DNA of 64,000 nt, taken from Candidatus Dormiibacterota bacterium (GTDB lineage Bacteria > Chloroflexota > Dormibacteria > Aeolococcales > Aeolococcaceae). The notes beneath the pieces were generated by a model, which searched no databases, was not told the origin of the DNA, and worked only from the letters and a program-made list of their open reading frames with translations. The first letter of the stretch is position 1, and each line of letters opens with the position of its first letter. This document shows positions 1 through 9,669 of this stretch, piece after piece. A program made the translations under genes and the position numbers. The DNA is taken from positions 967,615 through 1,031,614 of the forward strand of contig CAWBLV010000006.1 of NCBI GenBank assembly GCA_963789735.1. Reading direction: 5' to 3'.

Positions 1-116
1 CTTCCACTCGCGTCGACCGAAACCGTCTTGGTGTTTGCACTCGCCTGCAGCGGGAACACGCAGATACCCGCCGCGACGACGAGGAGCGCGGACAGCTTGA
101 GATTTCGACGCACCAC
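1..116 (-). CDS. 5' end of an exported protein (runs off the window edge)
   Basis: Manual translation from GTG at 116: MVRRNLKLSALLVVAAGICVFPLQASANTKTVSVDASG. Signal-peptide-like, with a G-rich RBS just upstream. Not in the ORF track. Confidence 0.6.
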   Translation of the reverse strand, partial: MVRRNLKLSALLVVAAGICVFPLQASANTKTVSVDASG

Positions 117-330
117 CTAGATCCCCCTGAACGGAGCGATTGCTCCCGAATGGCGTACAGCGACCTGACAGCCGCATCGAATGGAACGATCGTGCCAATC
201 CGCCCGCCGGCAGGCGTGCCGAACGAAGACGGGTGCGTATGTCCCATCCAAAGTGATGGCCCCCCAGATCGTCTGGAACGTGTAGCCGCGTCCCCACGCG
301 GTTCCCTTGCTACCGGCGTTCCGTGGGGTC

Positions 331-360
331 AGCGTACGGGGCGTCAGGGGTGTTTGTCAA
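331..360 (-). promoter_or_regulatory. Putative sigma70-type promoter TTGACA-N18-TACGCT
   Basis: Minus strand has TTGACA (360-355), an 18-nt spacer and TACGCT (336-331), pointing at the gene starting at 116. Confidence 0.5.
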
Positions 361-591
361 CTTTGGCGCAATCAGTGGATCTGAGCTTTCTGGAGAGTTG
401 CGTGCGAGTGCATCGTCAGGAAAACTCGCCGCGAATTTCCGAAGCCGACCAGGGTTTGCTTAGGCTAAGCTAACCGCTCGGGATGGGTAGGAAACAACGA
501 ATCGCCTGGTGTCTCGGGATCCTTGTGCTGTGTTGCGCCTTCGCGTTCGTCGTCCGGATCATGAAGGACCTGGAGCGATTCGACTGATGCC

Positions 592-2736
592 TTATGGTGA
601 CGGCCTGATCGAACCCGTCATCGCAGGCGCCAGCGCGAAATTCTGATCTGTCGTCAGCCCGGCAGTGACCGACACCTGCATCGACTGCGACACGTACCCG
701 GGGGCGGACACCGTGACCGTGTACGTCCCTGGTACGACGTCGCTCAGGACGTAGTTGCCGCCACTGTCGGTAGTCGTGGTGCCCGCGCTTCCGAACAGCG
801 GAAGGAGATCGCCGTCCGCGGGGCTCGCTGCGCTCCCGAGGTATCCAAGACCGTAGGTTTCCTCAATGGTGCGCAGTGTCCCGATGAGGTCGCCCGTGTC
901 GGCCACCACGCCTTTGCCGCTCGCCGCGTTCGAGATGACCACCATGGGGATCAGGCCCCCGGCGGCGTCGCCGCAGCAGCCGGTGTCGTCTCCGTCGTCT
1001 TCGTCCATGGTCACGATGACCGTGGCGTCGCCGCTGGTGAACCACGGGGAGGCGAGCACCGGGCCGAGGTTGGCCTGCAACCAGTCGTCACCGGCAGTGA
1101 CCGAGGCACTGTGCATGTCGTCGTACAGGTTGGGCGTGATCCAGACGAAGTCGGGCGCGCCGGCACTGTCCAACGTCGCGACCATGCTGCTTGCACCGGG
1201 GTACGGCAGAACGTGATCCGCGCATCCATTGTCGAGGACATCGGTGAAGTAGATGAAGGGATTGTGCCGCTTGACATAGAGGTCAGACGGAAGGCCACCA
1301 ACGCCGGTGTAGCAAGCGCTCGGCATGGATTCCATGTAAGCCGTCCATGGGATGCCCGCAGCGGTGAGCTGGCCGCCGAGGCTGGTGGCGCTGAACGGAC
1401 CGCAGGAGGTGCAGTCGCCGGTTTCCCCCTGGGTGCTTCCGCTGTCGATTGCAAGGTAATTCGGCACCGATGGATGTGCGACGCCGTACCACGGCGTGAC
1501 ACTTGCATAGCTGGCAGCGAGCCCACACAGGTAAGGATCAGACGCGCACGATCCGAGCGTCGCTGCATATCCCTTGTTCTCTTCCATGACGATCATCACG
1601 TGCGGAGTTGGTGGCGGATTGCTCGCGCTGCCATCGGTCACGGTTGCGCCCGGGATCGCGTCCTGTGTGGACGAGTCCGTCACCGCGCCGGCGATTCCCC
1701 CGAAGAGAGGCGTCAGACTGAAATCCTGCGTGACGGTGCCTCCAGTAGTTACCGTCACCGGCTCTGATTGCGAGGCATAACCGGAGGCGGACGCGGTCAC
1801 CGTGTACGTTCCGGCCACGACGTTGCTCAACGTGTACGCGCCGCTGGCGTCGGTCGTCGTGCTTCCTTCGCCGTCCGTGACCGTTGCCGCCGATACCGGG
1901 GACATGGAGACAGAGTTGACGACTGAGCCGGTGATAGCACCCGTTGGAAGTGCGACGGCCTCGAAGGTTGCGATGGCTCCAGTCCACCCCGTCGTCGCGG
2001 AACTCAACCGAGCGGAATAGGTCTGCGGGCCGCTCGTGCTGAGCAACCGCCAGGCGGCCTGCTCGCCGACTGCGCTGTTATTGGTCGTCGATTGTTCGAC
2101 TGCGGTGGTTGTGTATCCCGCGGTCTGCTCACTCGGGGTGACCCTTCCGTTCCAGCCGATGTCGCCAACCGCGATCTCTGTCGCCTGGGTGGTCGCGGCC
2201 GTGGTGCCGGTTGACCCGGGTTCGGAGGTGCCGTTCGCCGTGGCGGTGACGTCGAGCGGCGATGCGGAGGCCCCGGCGACCTCGAGCACGGTCATGGTTA
2301 TTGTCGTCATCGACGCTGACGTTCCCCCGACGGTGACGGTCACTGCTTGCGATGGCGATAGGCTCGCCGCATCCGGCGCGTACCAGATCTCGCCATCTCC
2401 GTGTCCTCCCTGACTTACGCCGACAGCCCGTGTCCATTGGTCACCCACGGAGTCGGTGACAGTGGTCACGGGCGCGAGGGCGGCCGTGTTGCGATCTCTG
2501 ACCACCGCCACAAGGAGATCGCCGCTCGTGGTGGCGACCTTCGGTGACCCCGAGATCGTTGCACCGCGCGTGGCGGTGCTCGCGCCAAACGACTGGGTCA
2601 CTGCGAGTGACGCGCCCTGTAGTCCCGCAGCCCGCGGTGCGTACGCCGCGGTGGTCCACGGCACCCCGGCCGCAGAGAGCATTGCGACGAGCAACGCCGG
2701 GGCCACGACTCCGGAGCGCGATCGAGACGTCAGCAT
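592..2736 (-). CDS. Secreted phosphoesterase-family (acid phosphatase/PLC-like) protein with carboxypeptidase-regulatory-like beta-sandwich domains
   Basis: Signal peptide; motifs VMIVMEEN, HPSVPNYLA, YVKRHNPF, ITPNLYDDMH, VTMDE; flanking GxYTxxNVxxGTYTVTxSAxGY domains. Confidence 0.85.
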   Translation of the reverse strand: MLTSRSRSGVVAPALLVAMLSAAGVPWTTAAYAPRAAGLQGASLAVTQSFGASTATRGATISGSPKVATTSGDLLVAVVRDRNTAALAPVTTVTDSVGDQWTRAVGVSQGGHGDGEIWYAPDAASLSPSQAVTVTVGGTSASMTTITMTVLEVAGASASPLDVTATANGTSEPGSTGTTAATTQATEIAVGDIGWNGRVTPSEQTAGYTTTAVEQSTTNNSAVGEQAAWRLLSTSGPQTYSARLSSATTGWTGAIATFEAVALPTGAITGSVVNSVSMSPVSAATVTDGEGSTTTDASGAYTLSNVVAGTYTVTASASGYASQSEPVTVTTGGTVTQDFSLTPLFGGIAGAVTDSSTQDAIPGATVTDGSASNPPPTPHVMIVMEENKGYAATLGSCASDPYLCGLAASYASVTPWYGVAHPSVPNYLAIDSGSTQGETGDCTSCGPFSATSLGGQLTAAGIPWTAYMESMPSACYTGVGGLPSDLYVKRHNPFIYFTDVLDNGCADHVLPYPGASSMVATLDSAGAPDFVWITPNLYDDMHSASVTAGDDWLQANLGPVLASPWFTSGDATVIVTMDEDDGDDTGCCGDAAGGLIPMVVISNAASGKGVVADTGDLIGTLRTIEETYGLGYLGSAASPADGDLLPLFGSAGTTTTDSGGNYVLSDVVPGTYTVTVSAPGYVSQSMQVSVTAGLTTDQNFALAPAMTGSIRPSP

Positions 2737-2917
2737 CTCGTTGGGATCGGCAACGCTGCTCCTCAGTGATCACAGGCGTGCCCCCTCGCTTCAGCGGCTC
2801 ATCCTAACGCCCCTGCGTAGCGCTGTCCGTACGCATGGAGACCTTGCTCCAACAGAAGTGCGAGCCTCGACGTTTGGGGAGCGCTGGGCCGGAGGCGTCA
2901 CGCGAGCAACGACATGC

Positions 2918-3115
2918 TCACGAAGAAGGTCGTCGTGCCGCCCTCAACCCTGTCACCACGGCCACGGCACCGACAACGATGAGCACCAGTCCCACCCACA
3001 GCCAGAACGTTTCCCCGGTCATCGAACTGCCCTTGAGCAGGCCGGCTCCCTGAAAGAAGAACACGATGCCGACAAGGACTGCCAAAGCTCCGACGACGAC
3101 CCAAATGCGACTCAT
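2918..3115 (-). CDS. Small two-TM membrane protein (65 aa)
   Basis: MSRIWVVVGALAVLVGIVFFFQGAGLLKGSSMTGETFWLWVGLVLIVVGAVAVV; start reassigned to ATG at 3115. Confidence 0.7.
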   Translation of the reverse strand: MSRIWVVVGALAVLVGIVFFFQGAGLLKGSSMTGETFWLWVGLVLIVVGAVAVVTGLRAARRPSS

Positions 3116-3146
3116 CGCAGCAAGACCTCCAGTGTGTACGTAACTC

Positions 3147-3815
3147 TCAATCAGAACTGACGACAGCTTCCGGCTCGACTTCGCCCGTCTCCTCACGCAA
3201 CCACGCGGGAGCGTGTCGAGCAGCCCAACCTTTTGACACCCAACCGCTGAACATCGAACGCAACGCCTCGGGGTGCGTGAACGCGAGAAGGATGTGGCCG
3301 ATGACCGCGATGAAGATTGCGAGGGCCAGGACGTCGTGCACGAATGTCGCACCCATGCGCCAGCTCACGGGAAAGAAGGGAAACCACCGCAACACGATGC
3401 CGGTGACCAGCATGACCACGATGGCGCCGCCGACGAAGATGGAATTGAGCTTCTGCCCCGGGTTGAACTTGTCGACGACGCGAGGTGCCCGGCGCCCCAG
3501 CGCCCACAACCACGTGATCTCGTCCCGCGTCCACCGGTTGACCCGTCGCAGGTCGCGGCGCATACCGGCGCCCCACGCACCGATCACCGAGATGAGCAGC
3601 GGGATCGGCAGCGCAATGCCCGTCCACACATGGATATCGACCACCAGTGCGCGCCGGCCGACGATGCCGGAAAGCCCGGGAAAATACAGGATCAGCGCCG
3701 TCAGCATGAGGATGCCGAAGAGCACTGCGTTGGCCCAATGGGCGGCGCGCTCCACGCGGTCGAACCGCACGATCCGCGGAACGGGTTGCGGGTGCGCGTC
3801 TATCGGGATGCTCAT
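3147..3815 (-). CDS. Cytochrome b subunit (FdnI/Ni-hydrogenase cyt b-like)
   Basis: RFDRVERAAHW, KFNPGQKLN, four TM helices with His ligands; ATG 3815 overlaps the upstream stop. Confidence 0.85.
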   Translation of the reverse strand: MSIPIDAHPQPVPRIVRFDRVERAAHWANAVLFGILMLTALILYFPGLSGIVGRRALVVDIHVWTGIALPIPLLISVIGAWGAGMRRDLRRVNRWTRDEITWLWALGRRAPRVVDKFNPGQKLNSIFVGGAIVVMLVTGIVLRWFPFFPVSWRMGATFVHDVLALAIFIAVIGHILLAFTHPEALRSMFSGWVSKGWAARHAPAWLREETGEVEPEAVVSSD

Positions 3816-4534
3816 CCCGCTCCGCCCGTCAGCGCAACATCGGTGGGCCCGGTCGTGCCGTCGCGCCAGCCGTTGAGTGGATATCCGTTCTGTTCCCAAT
3901 ACCCCGGGATGACCTCGTCGACCACTCGAATCGCCGACAGCCACTTGAGCGACTTGTAGCCGAACATCGGTCCCACGTAGAGGCGAACGGGTCCACCGTG
4001 TGCGGTGGTGATTGGAGCACCGAGCATTCGGTAGGCGACGATGACATCGGGCAACTGCGCCTGAGAGAGCGTGAGGCTCTCGGAGTCGGCCCCGTCGTAC
4101 GACTCAAAGCTGAGTGCGATGGCGCCTTCCTGCACGCCGGCTGCGACGAGGATGTCGGAGAGCTTCACGCCCTCCCACTGCACATCGGGAACGCTCCATC
4201 CGGTGACGCATTGGAAGTCCTGCGTGAACGCCGTGCTCGGCATCGCCTTGAGATCCGCGAGTGTCAAGACCTGCGGTTTGTCGACGAGCCCGCTGATCGC
4301 CAGTCGGTACGCCGACTCCGAGATGGTGGGATACGAGCCGGAGATCGAATAGATGCGGAAGCCTGGCCACCACGGGAACAGTCGTTGCAGCCCGGTGTCG
4401 AGTGCGCTCTCGAGCCGAGCCCCGAACACGATTCCCGCCAGACCGAGCGCCGTCATGCCGAGAAACACCCGCCGCCCGACCGCGATCGTGACGCCCGGCT
4501 TCTGGCCGCTTTCGTCCTCGGCAGTGGTGGTCAC
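3812..4534 (-). CDS. Molybdopterin-dependent oxidoreductase (sulfite oxidase/MsrP-like), Tat-like leader
   Basis: RRVFLG leader; DFQCVTGW, HGGPVRL, GYKSLKWL, GYWEQNGY. Confidence 0.9.
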   Translation of the reverse strand: MTTTAEDESGQKPGVTIAVGRRVFLGMTALGLAGIVFGARLESALDTGLQRLFPWWPGFRIYSISGSYPTISESAYRLAISGLVDKPQVLTLADLKAMPSTAFTQDFQCVTGWSVPDVQWEGVKLSDILVAAGVQEGAIALSFESYDGADSESLTLSQAQLPDVIVAYRMLGAPITTAHGGPVRLYVGPMFGYKSLKWLSAIRVVDEVIPGYWEQNGYPLNGWRDGTTGPTDVALTGGAG

Positions 4535-4824
4535 GTGGGATTACCTTTTCTTGGGAGAGAGATGCGCCCCCTGACTCGCGGGCGCTCGCGATCGATCTTG
4601 AGCCGACTCCGGGCATCGGCGACCGGTCGAACGCAAATCACCCGGGTGGATGAGGATACGGATCCGGGTGACACGGGCTTGAGGCCGGGGCGGCGGCCGA
4701 AGGCGCTGAGCGTCGCCACCGATGAATGACGGCCTCCGCTGCTGTCTAACGGGTGTTGGACGCATATTGAGGAGGCGCGACGATGACCACGCTGAGCGGA
4801 ACGACTTTCGACACTATTGGATCC

Positions 4825-5871
4825 ATGACCTCTCGGGTGACGCAGCCGGTCCCTGACGATGAGCGCGCCACGCTCGAGGCAGCGGTGGGGGGCGATGAAG
4901 CGGCGTTTCGCGATCTTGTGGAGCCGTACCGCGCCGGACTGCATGCCCACTGCTACCAGATGCTGGCGTCGATCGAGGATGCGGAAGATGCGCTCCAGGA
5001 CGCGCTCCTCAAAGCGTGGCGCGGGCTCGGCCAGTTCGAGGGCCGCTCGTCGATTCGGACCTGGCTGTACACCATCGCCACACGGTCGGCACTTGACATC
5101 ACCGCGCGGCGGCCGATGCGGATGCTGCCGCTCGACGGTGGCTGGGAGATGGACACCGTCGAATGGGGAGAGCCGCTGACCGAGACGCTCTGGATCGAGC
5201 CGTACCCTGCCGACCAGCTTGGTCTCGCTTCGGGGTTGGCGTCGCCGGAAGCACGAGTCGAGCTCCGGGAAAGCGTTGAGCTGGCGTTTATCGCCGCGGT
5301 GCAGCACCTCGCGCCACGGCAACGGGCAACGCTGCTGCTTCGCGAAGTGCTCGGATTCTCCGCGCACGAGACGGCCGAGATGCTCGGGACGACCGCCGTT
5401 GCGGTGAACAGCGCGCTCGAGCGGGCGCGATCGACCGTCGCGTTGCGCTGTCCCGACCCAAGCCAGCAGGTCACCCTGCGGTCATTGGGCGACGCGCGTA
5501 TCCAGGACCTGGTCACGCGATACATGGACACGCTCGAGCGCGCGGATCTCGAGGGGCTTCTGGGGTTGCTCGTCGAGGACGCGAGCTGGGCAATGCCGCC
5601 GACGCCCGAGTTCTTCCACGGCCACGAGGCGATCACGCGGTTTCTCGAAGACACCCCCTTTGCCGTTCGCTGGCGGCACCTGCCCACGCACGCCAACGGC
5701 CAGGTCGCCGTGGGCTGCTATCTGTGGAACGAAGCCGCCGGCAAGTACGTCGGCGAAGTGATCGACGTCCTCACGCTGCGTGGCCCAAAGATCAGCTCCG
5801 TCACCGCCTTCGGGCCGCCCGAGATCTTTCCGAAGTTCGGGTTGCCGCTCGAACTGCCTGCCGAGTCGTAA
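4825..5871 (+). CDS. ECF sigma factor with C-terminal SnoaL-like domain (SigG-like)
   Basis: HCYQML..DAEDALQD..AWRGL..FEGRSSIRTWLYTIAT; region 4; SnoaL tail (WAMPP, ANGQVA). Start is 4783 or 4825. Confidence 0.9.
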   Translation: MTSRVTQPVPDDERATLEAAVGGDEAAFRDLVEPYRAGLHAHCYQMLASIEDAEDALQDALLKAWRGLGQFEGRSSIRTWLYTIATRSALDITARRPMRMLPLDGGWEMDTVEWGEPLTETLWIEPYPADQLGLASGLASPEARVELRESVELAFIAAVQHLAPRQRATLLLREVLGFSAHETAEMLGTTAVAVNSALERARSTVALRCPDPSQQVTLRSLGDARIQDLVTRYMDTLERADLEGLLGLLVEDASWAMPPTPEFFHGHEAITRFLEDTPFAVRWRHLPTHANGQVAVGCYLWNEAAGKYVGEVIDVLTLRGPKISSVTAFGPPEIFPKFGLPLELPAES

Positions 5872-5974
5872 GGGACGGGAGGCGGCGGCGCTCCAACCGC
5901 GGCGTCGGGTCGTGGGCGGAGTGCCGCCGTCTCCATAGGTAGCACTGTCCGTCCTACTGCGGTAGGATCGGAGT

Positions 5975-6196
5975 ATGAAGGTGAGTATGAGTTTGCCTCA
6001 GGAGGACGTCGAGTTCCTGGACGCCTACGCGCAGACTCGCGGGTATCCCTCTCGGTCTGCGGTGCTCCACCAAGCCGTCAGATTGCTTCGCGCAGCTGAG
6101 CTCAGCGACGCCTACGCGGAAGCCTGGACGGAATGGGCGACCACGGGCGAGGCAAAGGTGTGGGAGGCTGCCGTCGGGGATGGCGTGAGCGCCTGA
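5975..6196 (+). CDS. mazE: Ribbon-helix-helix antitoxin (MazE-like)
   Basis: MKVSMSLPQEDVEFLDAYA...SRSAVLHQAVRLLRA...AYAEAW; TGATG overlap with the toxin. Confidence 0.85.
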   Translation: MKVSMSLPQEDVEFLDAYAQTRGYPSRSAVLHQAVRLLRAAELSDAYAEAWTEWATTGEAKVWEAAVGDGVSA

Positions 6197-6543
6197 TGCG
6201 GCGTGGAGAAATCTGCCTGGTTGACCTCGACCCAGTCCGCGGGGCTGAGGCGAGCAAGACGAGACCCGCTGTCATCGTGAGCAACGACGGCGCGAACAGC
6301 ACCGCGACGCGACTTGGGCGCGGTGTCGTGACCGTCGTGCCAGTGACGTCAAACATCGCGCGGATCTACCCGTTTCAGGTGCTCTTGCAAGCCGACGCGA
6401 CAGGTCTGGCAACAAACTCCAAGGCGCAGGCAGAACAAGTCCGAGCGGTCGCCGTTGAGCGCGTCGGGATGCGCGTTGCCGAGGTCCCGCTCACGGTGAT
6501 GACGCAGATCGATGAGGCGCTACGGCTCCACCTTTCGTTGTAG
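6196..6543 (+). CDS. mazF: PemK/MazF family endoribonuclease toxin
   Basis: MRRGEICLVDLDPVRGAEASKTRPAVIVSND...VVPVTSN...SKAQAEQVRAV. Confidence 0.92.
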   Translation: MRRGEICLVDLDPVRGAEASKTRPAVIVSNDGANSTATRLGRGVVTVVPVTSNIARIYPFQVLLQADATGLATNSKAQAEQVRAVAVERVGMRVAEVPLTVMTQIDEALRLHLSL

Positions 6544-6547
6544 GCGC

Positions 6548-7744
6548 TCATCCTCCTGCGGCAACGAAGATCATTCCCTTCGGCTGAAGGTCGGCGCCGT
6601 TCAGGTTCACATGAGCGATCTGTCCCGTCCACATGTCGAGAAGGCCCAACGAGTTGGGCGGAGACGGTGGCGTGTTGTTACACGTTGGTGGAGCCGAGTT
6701 GGAATCGCACGGTGTCACTGCTTCGAAGGCATCGCCGACAGTGAAGTCACCGCGCACCGCATCAACCGTGTCGTGAGCAGCGTCTGTTGCGTAGAGCGTG
6801 CCGTCGGAGTCCGTCGCCCAAGCCGTGTCATCGACTGATTGCGTCAGATCGAGCACCCACAGGTGCGGATGCGCAGCTGCGGGATCGGGGACGTAGACCT
6901 CCTCCTGGTCGCCCTGGCTGTCGAGCATGAAACTCCCGGCGAAGCGCGGGCTGGATGCGGGGACGATCTCGTTGGAGTCCGGGTCGGTGAGGCCCAACCT
7001 GACGCGCTGGCCCTGCGCAGACCCGGTGTTGGCGACCGTCGCGGTTGCCTCGTCGCGGAAGACCGAGCGGACAACCGCCACGTGGTCTCGAGCATCAAGG
7101 GTCACCGCGTAGACCGCGGGATATGTCGCATTGGGAGCCGGCGGAGATCCGTCGCTCGTGCCCGGTGCGGATGCACTGATGAGAATCTCGCCGTTGTCGA
7201 TCGAGATCGCATCCGTGCCGCCGAAGTGCGGGAGTGGGCTCAGGTTGTAGAAGTACTGCTCCACTGCACCGCGGCCATGCGCTGTGGGATCGATGAGGAA
7301 GATGCTGGAGTTGGCGTCCTCGTTGACCGTCGCGATGACGCTTGCAATCGCCGGGTCGGCCGTGAGCCCGTCGCAATGCCCGCGGATATCCCACTGCGCA
7401 ACTGCATGGCCACCCGGGCTGATTTCGACGATCGTGCTGTCCACGTTGCCGCTCGGGCTCGGCGTGCCCTGTGGGCCAACGGCATTCTGGAACGTCACGA
7501 AGAGATCGCCATTCAGCATGGTGATGTCGTCGGGTTGGGAGAGTGCCTCGGAGCGGGACTTTTTCGAGCCGTCCGGAGTGAACGTGTGATGGAGGCTGCT
7601 TCCGGCGAGCAGCACCTTCGCGCGAAGTGGCGAGCCGGCGTGCGGTGCGGCATGCGCGGTCACGGCAGGACTTGCTCCCAGCGCGAGCGCCGCCACGACA
7701 ACCGCCGGGGCGGAAAGATGGCTGATCGTCGTCTTCAACGGCAT
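6548..7744 (-). CDS. Secreted hypothetical protein (possible beta-propeller)
   Basis: Signal peptide ending AHA; 398 aa with high-GC codon usage; no catalytic motif recognised. Confidence 0.7.
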   Translation of the reverse strand: MPLKTTISHLSAPAVVVAALALGASPAVTAHAAPHAGSPLRAKVLLAGSSLHHTFTPDGSKKSRSEALSQPDDITMLNGDLFVTFQNAVGPQGTPSPSGNVDSTIVEISPGGHAVAQWDIRGHCDGLTADPAIASVIATVNEDANSSIFLIDPTAHGRGAVEQYFYNLSPLPHFGGTDAISIDNGEILISASAPGTSDGSPPAPNATYPAVYAVTLDARDHVAVVRSVFRDEATATVANTGSAQGQRVRLGLTDPDSNEIVPASSPRFAGSFMLDSQGDQEEVYVPDPAAAHPHLWVLDLTQSVDDTAWATDSDGTLYATDAAHDTVDAVRGDFTVGDAFEAVTPCDSNSAPPTCNNTPPSPPNSLGLLDMWTGQIAHVNLNGADLQPKGMIFVAAGG

Positions 7745-7905
7745 CGGTTCGTCCTCTCTTTGCTAGGTCTCGAGCCGGCGGCAACGCGACGCAGCCGGGT
7801 GAGCCCGGTCACCAATTCCTTGCGACAGCTTGGTGAGGGGCGATAGTCAGAGTCGAGGTAGAACCGATTGGGGAGTGGTTATGAACCGGTCAAGAGCACC
7901 TGACG

Positions 7906-8943
7906 TTACCGGCGACGGGCTGCCGGCATGAGCGCAGTCGTGCCGACGTTCCACATATTGTCGACGACGTTGATGGTGACCCCTGGTGGCACGATCTCAT
8001 CGATGCGATCGAGGACATCGCTGGAGAGGGTGATCCCGTCGGCGGCCAGGTAGCCGTCGAGATGTTCCATGGTCCGTGGGCCGATGATCGTGGAGCTCAC
8101 GGCGGGATGGTGCGCGGCGAACGCGGTCGCCATCTGAACGAGGGTCAGACCGGCATCGTCCGCGAGAGCTGTGAGCGCATAGACGGCCTCGAGCTTTGCT
8201 GCGTTGGCCGGGTTGGTGGAGTCGAAGCGTCCGGGGAATCGCTGAGAACGAGCGGTCGAACCCGGACCCGTGATGTCCGTGCCCTTGCGGTACTTGCCCG
8301 ATAGCCAGCCACTCGCCAGCGGGCTGTAGGCAAGCACGCCCATCCCGTGACGCAGGCACGTCGGCAGCACGTCGTACTCGACCGCTCGTGTGACGAGGGA
8401 GTAGGGCGGCTGCTCCGTGCGAAACCGCTCGTGACCGCGGCGATCGGCGGTCCACTGTGCTTCGACGATCTCCGAGGCGGGAACCTTGGATGCGCCGAAC
8501 GAGCGGATCTTGCCGGCATGCACCAGATCCGACAGCGCGCCAAGAGTCTCGTCGACGTCGGTGGTCGGGTCTGGAACGCCCACCTGGTAGACATCGATCC
8601 ACTCGGTCTGCAGCCGGCGTAACGAGCCCTCGATCGCTTCGACGATCCAGCGTCGCGATGCTCCCCGGTGCGTCGGGTCGCCGTCGAACGGCACGCCGAA
8701 CTTCACGGCCACCACCACGCTCGCGCGTCTTCCGCCGGCGAGCGCCTTACCGAGGATCACCTCCGACTCGCCCGCGGAGTAGCCGTCGGCGGTGTCGATA
8801 CAGTTGATACCGGCGTCCAGCGCCTTGTGGATGATTCGGATCGCGTCGTCGTGATCGCGGTTGCCGAAGGCGCCGAACATCATCGCGCCGAGGCACATGT
8901 GGCTGACCGAGATGCCGGTTCGTCCGAGAGGTCGATATTCCAT
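7906..8943 (-). CDS. Aldo/keto reductase
   Basis: LGAMMFG, GINCIDTADGYSAGESE, SLRRLQTEWIDVYQ, EQPPYS, YSPLASGWL, IIGPRT. Confidence 0.95.
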   Translation of the reverse strand: MEYRPLGRTGISVSHMCLGAMMFGAFGNRDHDDAIRIIHKALDAGINCIDTADGYSAGESEVILGKALAGGRRASVVVAVKFGVPFDGDPTHRGASRRWIVEAIEGSLRRLQTEWIDVYQVGVPDPTTDVDETLGALSDLVHAGKIRSFGASKVPASEIVEAQWTADRRGHERFRTEQPPYSLVTRAVEYDVLPTCLRHGMGVLAYSPLASGWLSGKYRKGTDITGPGSTARSQRFPGRFDSTNPANAAKLEAVYALTALADDAGLTLVQMATAFAAHHPAVSSTIIGPRTMEHLDGYLAADGITLSSDVLDRIDEIVPPGVTINVVDNMWNVGTTALMPAARRR

Positions 8944-9009
8944 TGAACAGGCTCCTTTGAGAGCGCCGCGCGGGAGCGCGGCGGTGATATCGGTCGGCTA
9001 TAGTCAAAC

Positions 9010-9048
9010 GGACAGTCTGTCCACATCAGTGTATCGGATAACCTGTCC
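9010..9048. promoter_or_regulatory. Two copies of a palindromic TetR operator candidate
   Basis: GGACAGtCTGTCC (9010-9022) and degenerate GGATAAcCTGTCC (9036-9048) between divergent AKR and TetR. Confidence 0.65.
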
Positions 9049-9055
9049 ACTTAGC

Positions 9056-9631
9056 ATGACCACCTCCGTGTCGACCTCCGCCTCACCCCCCAGACGTGCT
9101 GATGCCGAGCGCAACCGCGACCGGATCATCGCCGCGGCTCGCGGCGCATTCGCCGACCCTGAGGCCGAGATATCGATGGCCGAGATCTCGCGACGAGCGG
9201 GAGTCGGGATGGCGACCCTCTATCGCAACTTCCCAGGCCGCCGCGAGCTCCTCGAGGCCTTGTACACCGACGAGGTTGACGCGGTCTGCAAGGCTCCTGC
9301 CACCGTCGACGGCGAACCCCCAGGGGCGGTGTTCGCTGCGTGGCTGCGCCGATTCTTCGCCTTTGCAACGAGCAAGCGTCGCATCGCATCCGAGTTGCTC
9401 GAACACACAGGCAGGAGCAACCCACTCTTTGACGACAGCCGCGCGCGTGTGATCGCGGCAGGACGACCGCTTCTCGCGGCAGCGCAGGGCTCGGGCGAGG
9501 TGCGCGACGACCTCACGCTCGAACAGATCCTCGATATGGTCATCGCCATCGCCACGATGCGCGGCGACAGCGGTTACATCGAGCCGATTCTGCAGACTGC
9601 GCTCGACGGCCTGCGCCCCCGCCCGAGCTGA
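9056..9631 (+). CDS. TetR/AcrR family regulator
   Basis: RRADAERNRDRIIAAA...SMAEISRRAGVGMATLYRNFP; ATG at 9056. Confidence 0.92.
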   Translation: MTTSVSTSASPPRRADAERNRDRIIAAARGAFADPEAEISMAEISRRAGVGMATLYRNFPGRRELLEALYTDEVDAVCKAPATVDGEPPGAVFAAWLRRFFAFATSKRRIASELLEHTGRSNPLFDDSRARVIAAGRPLLAAAQGSGEVRDDLTLEQILDMVIAIATMRGDSGYIEPILQTALDGLRPRPS

Positions 9632-9669
9632 CTTCCACGATTCCGTCCACGATGGGCGGCGCATAGCTA

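Noticed and set aside
150-473. 107-aa plus-strand ORF
   Set aside because: No motifs; it overlaps the probable promoter and leader of the minus-strand gene, so it is likely spurious.
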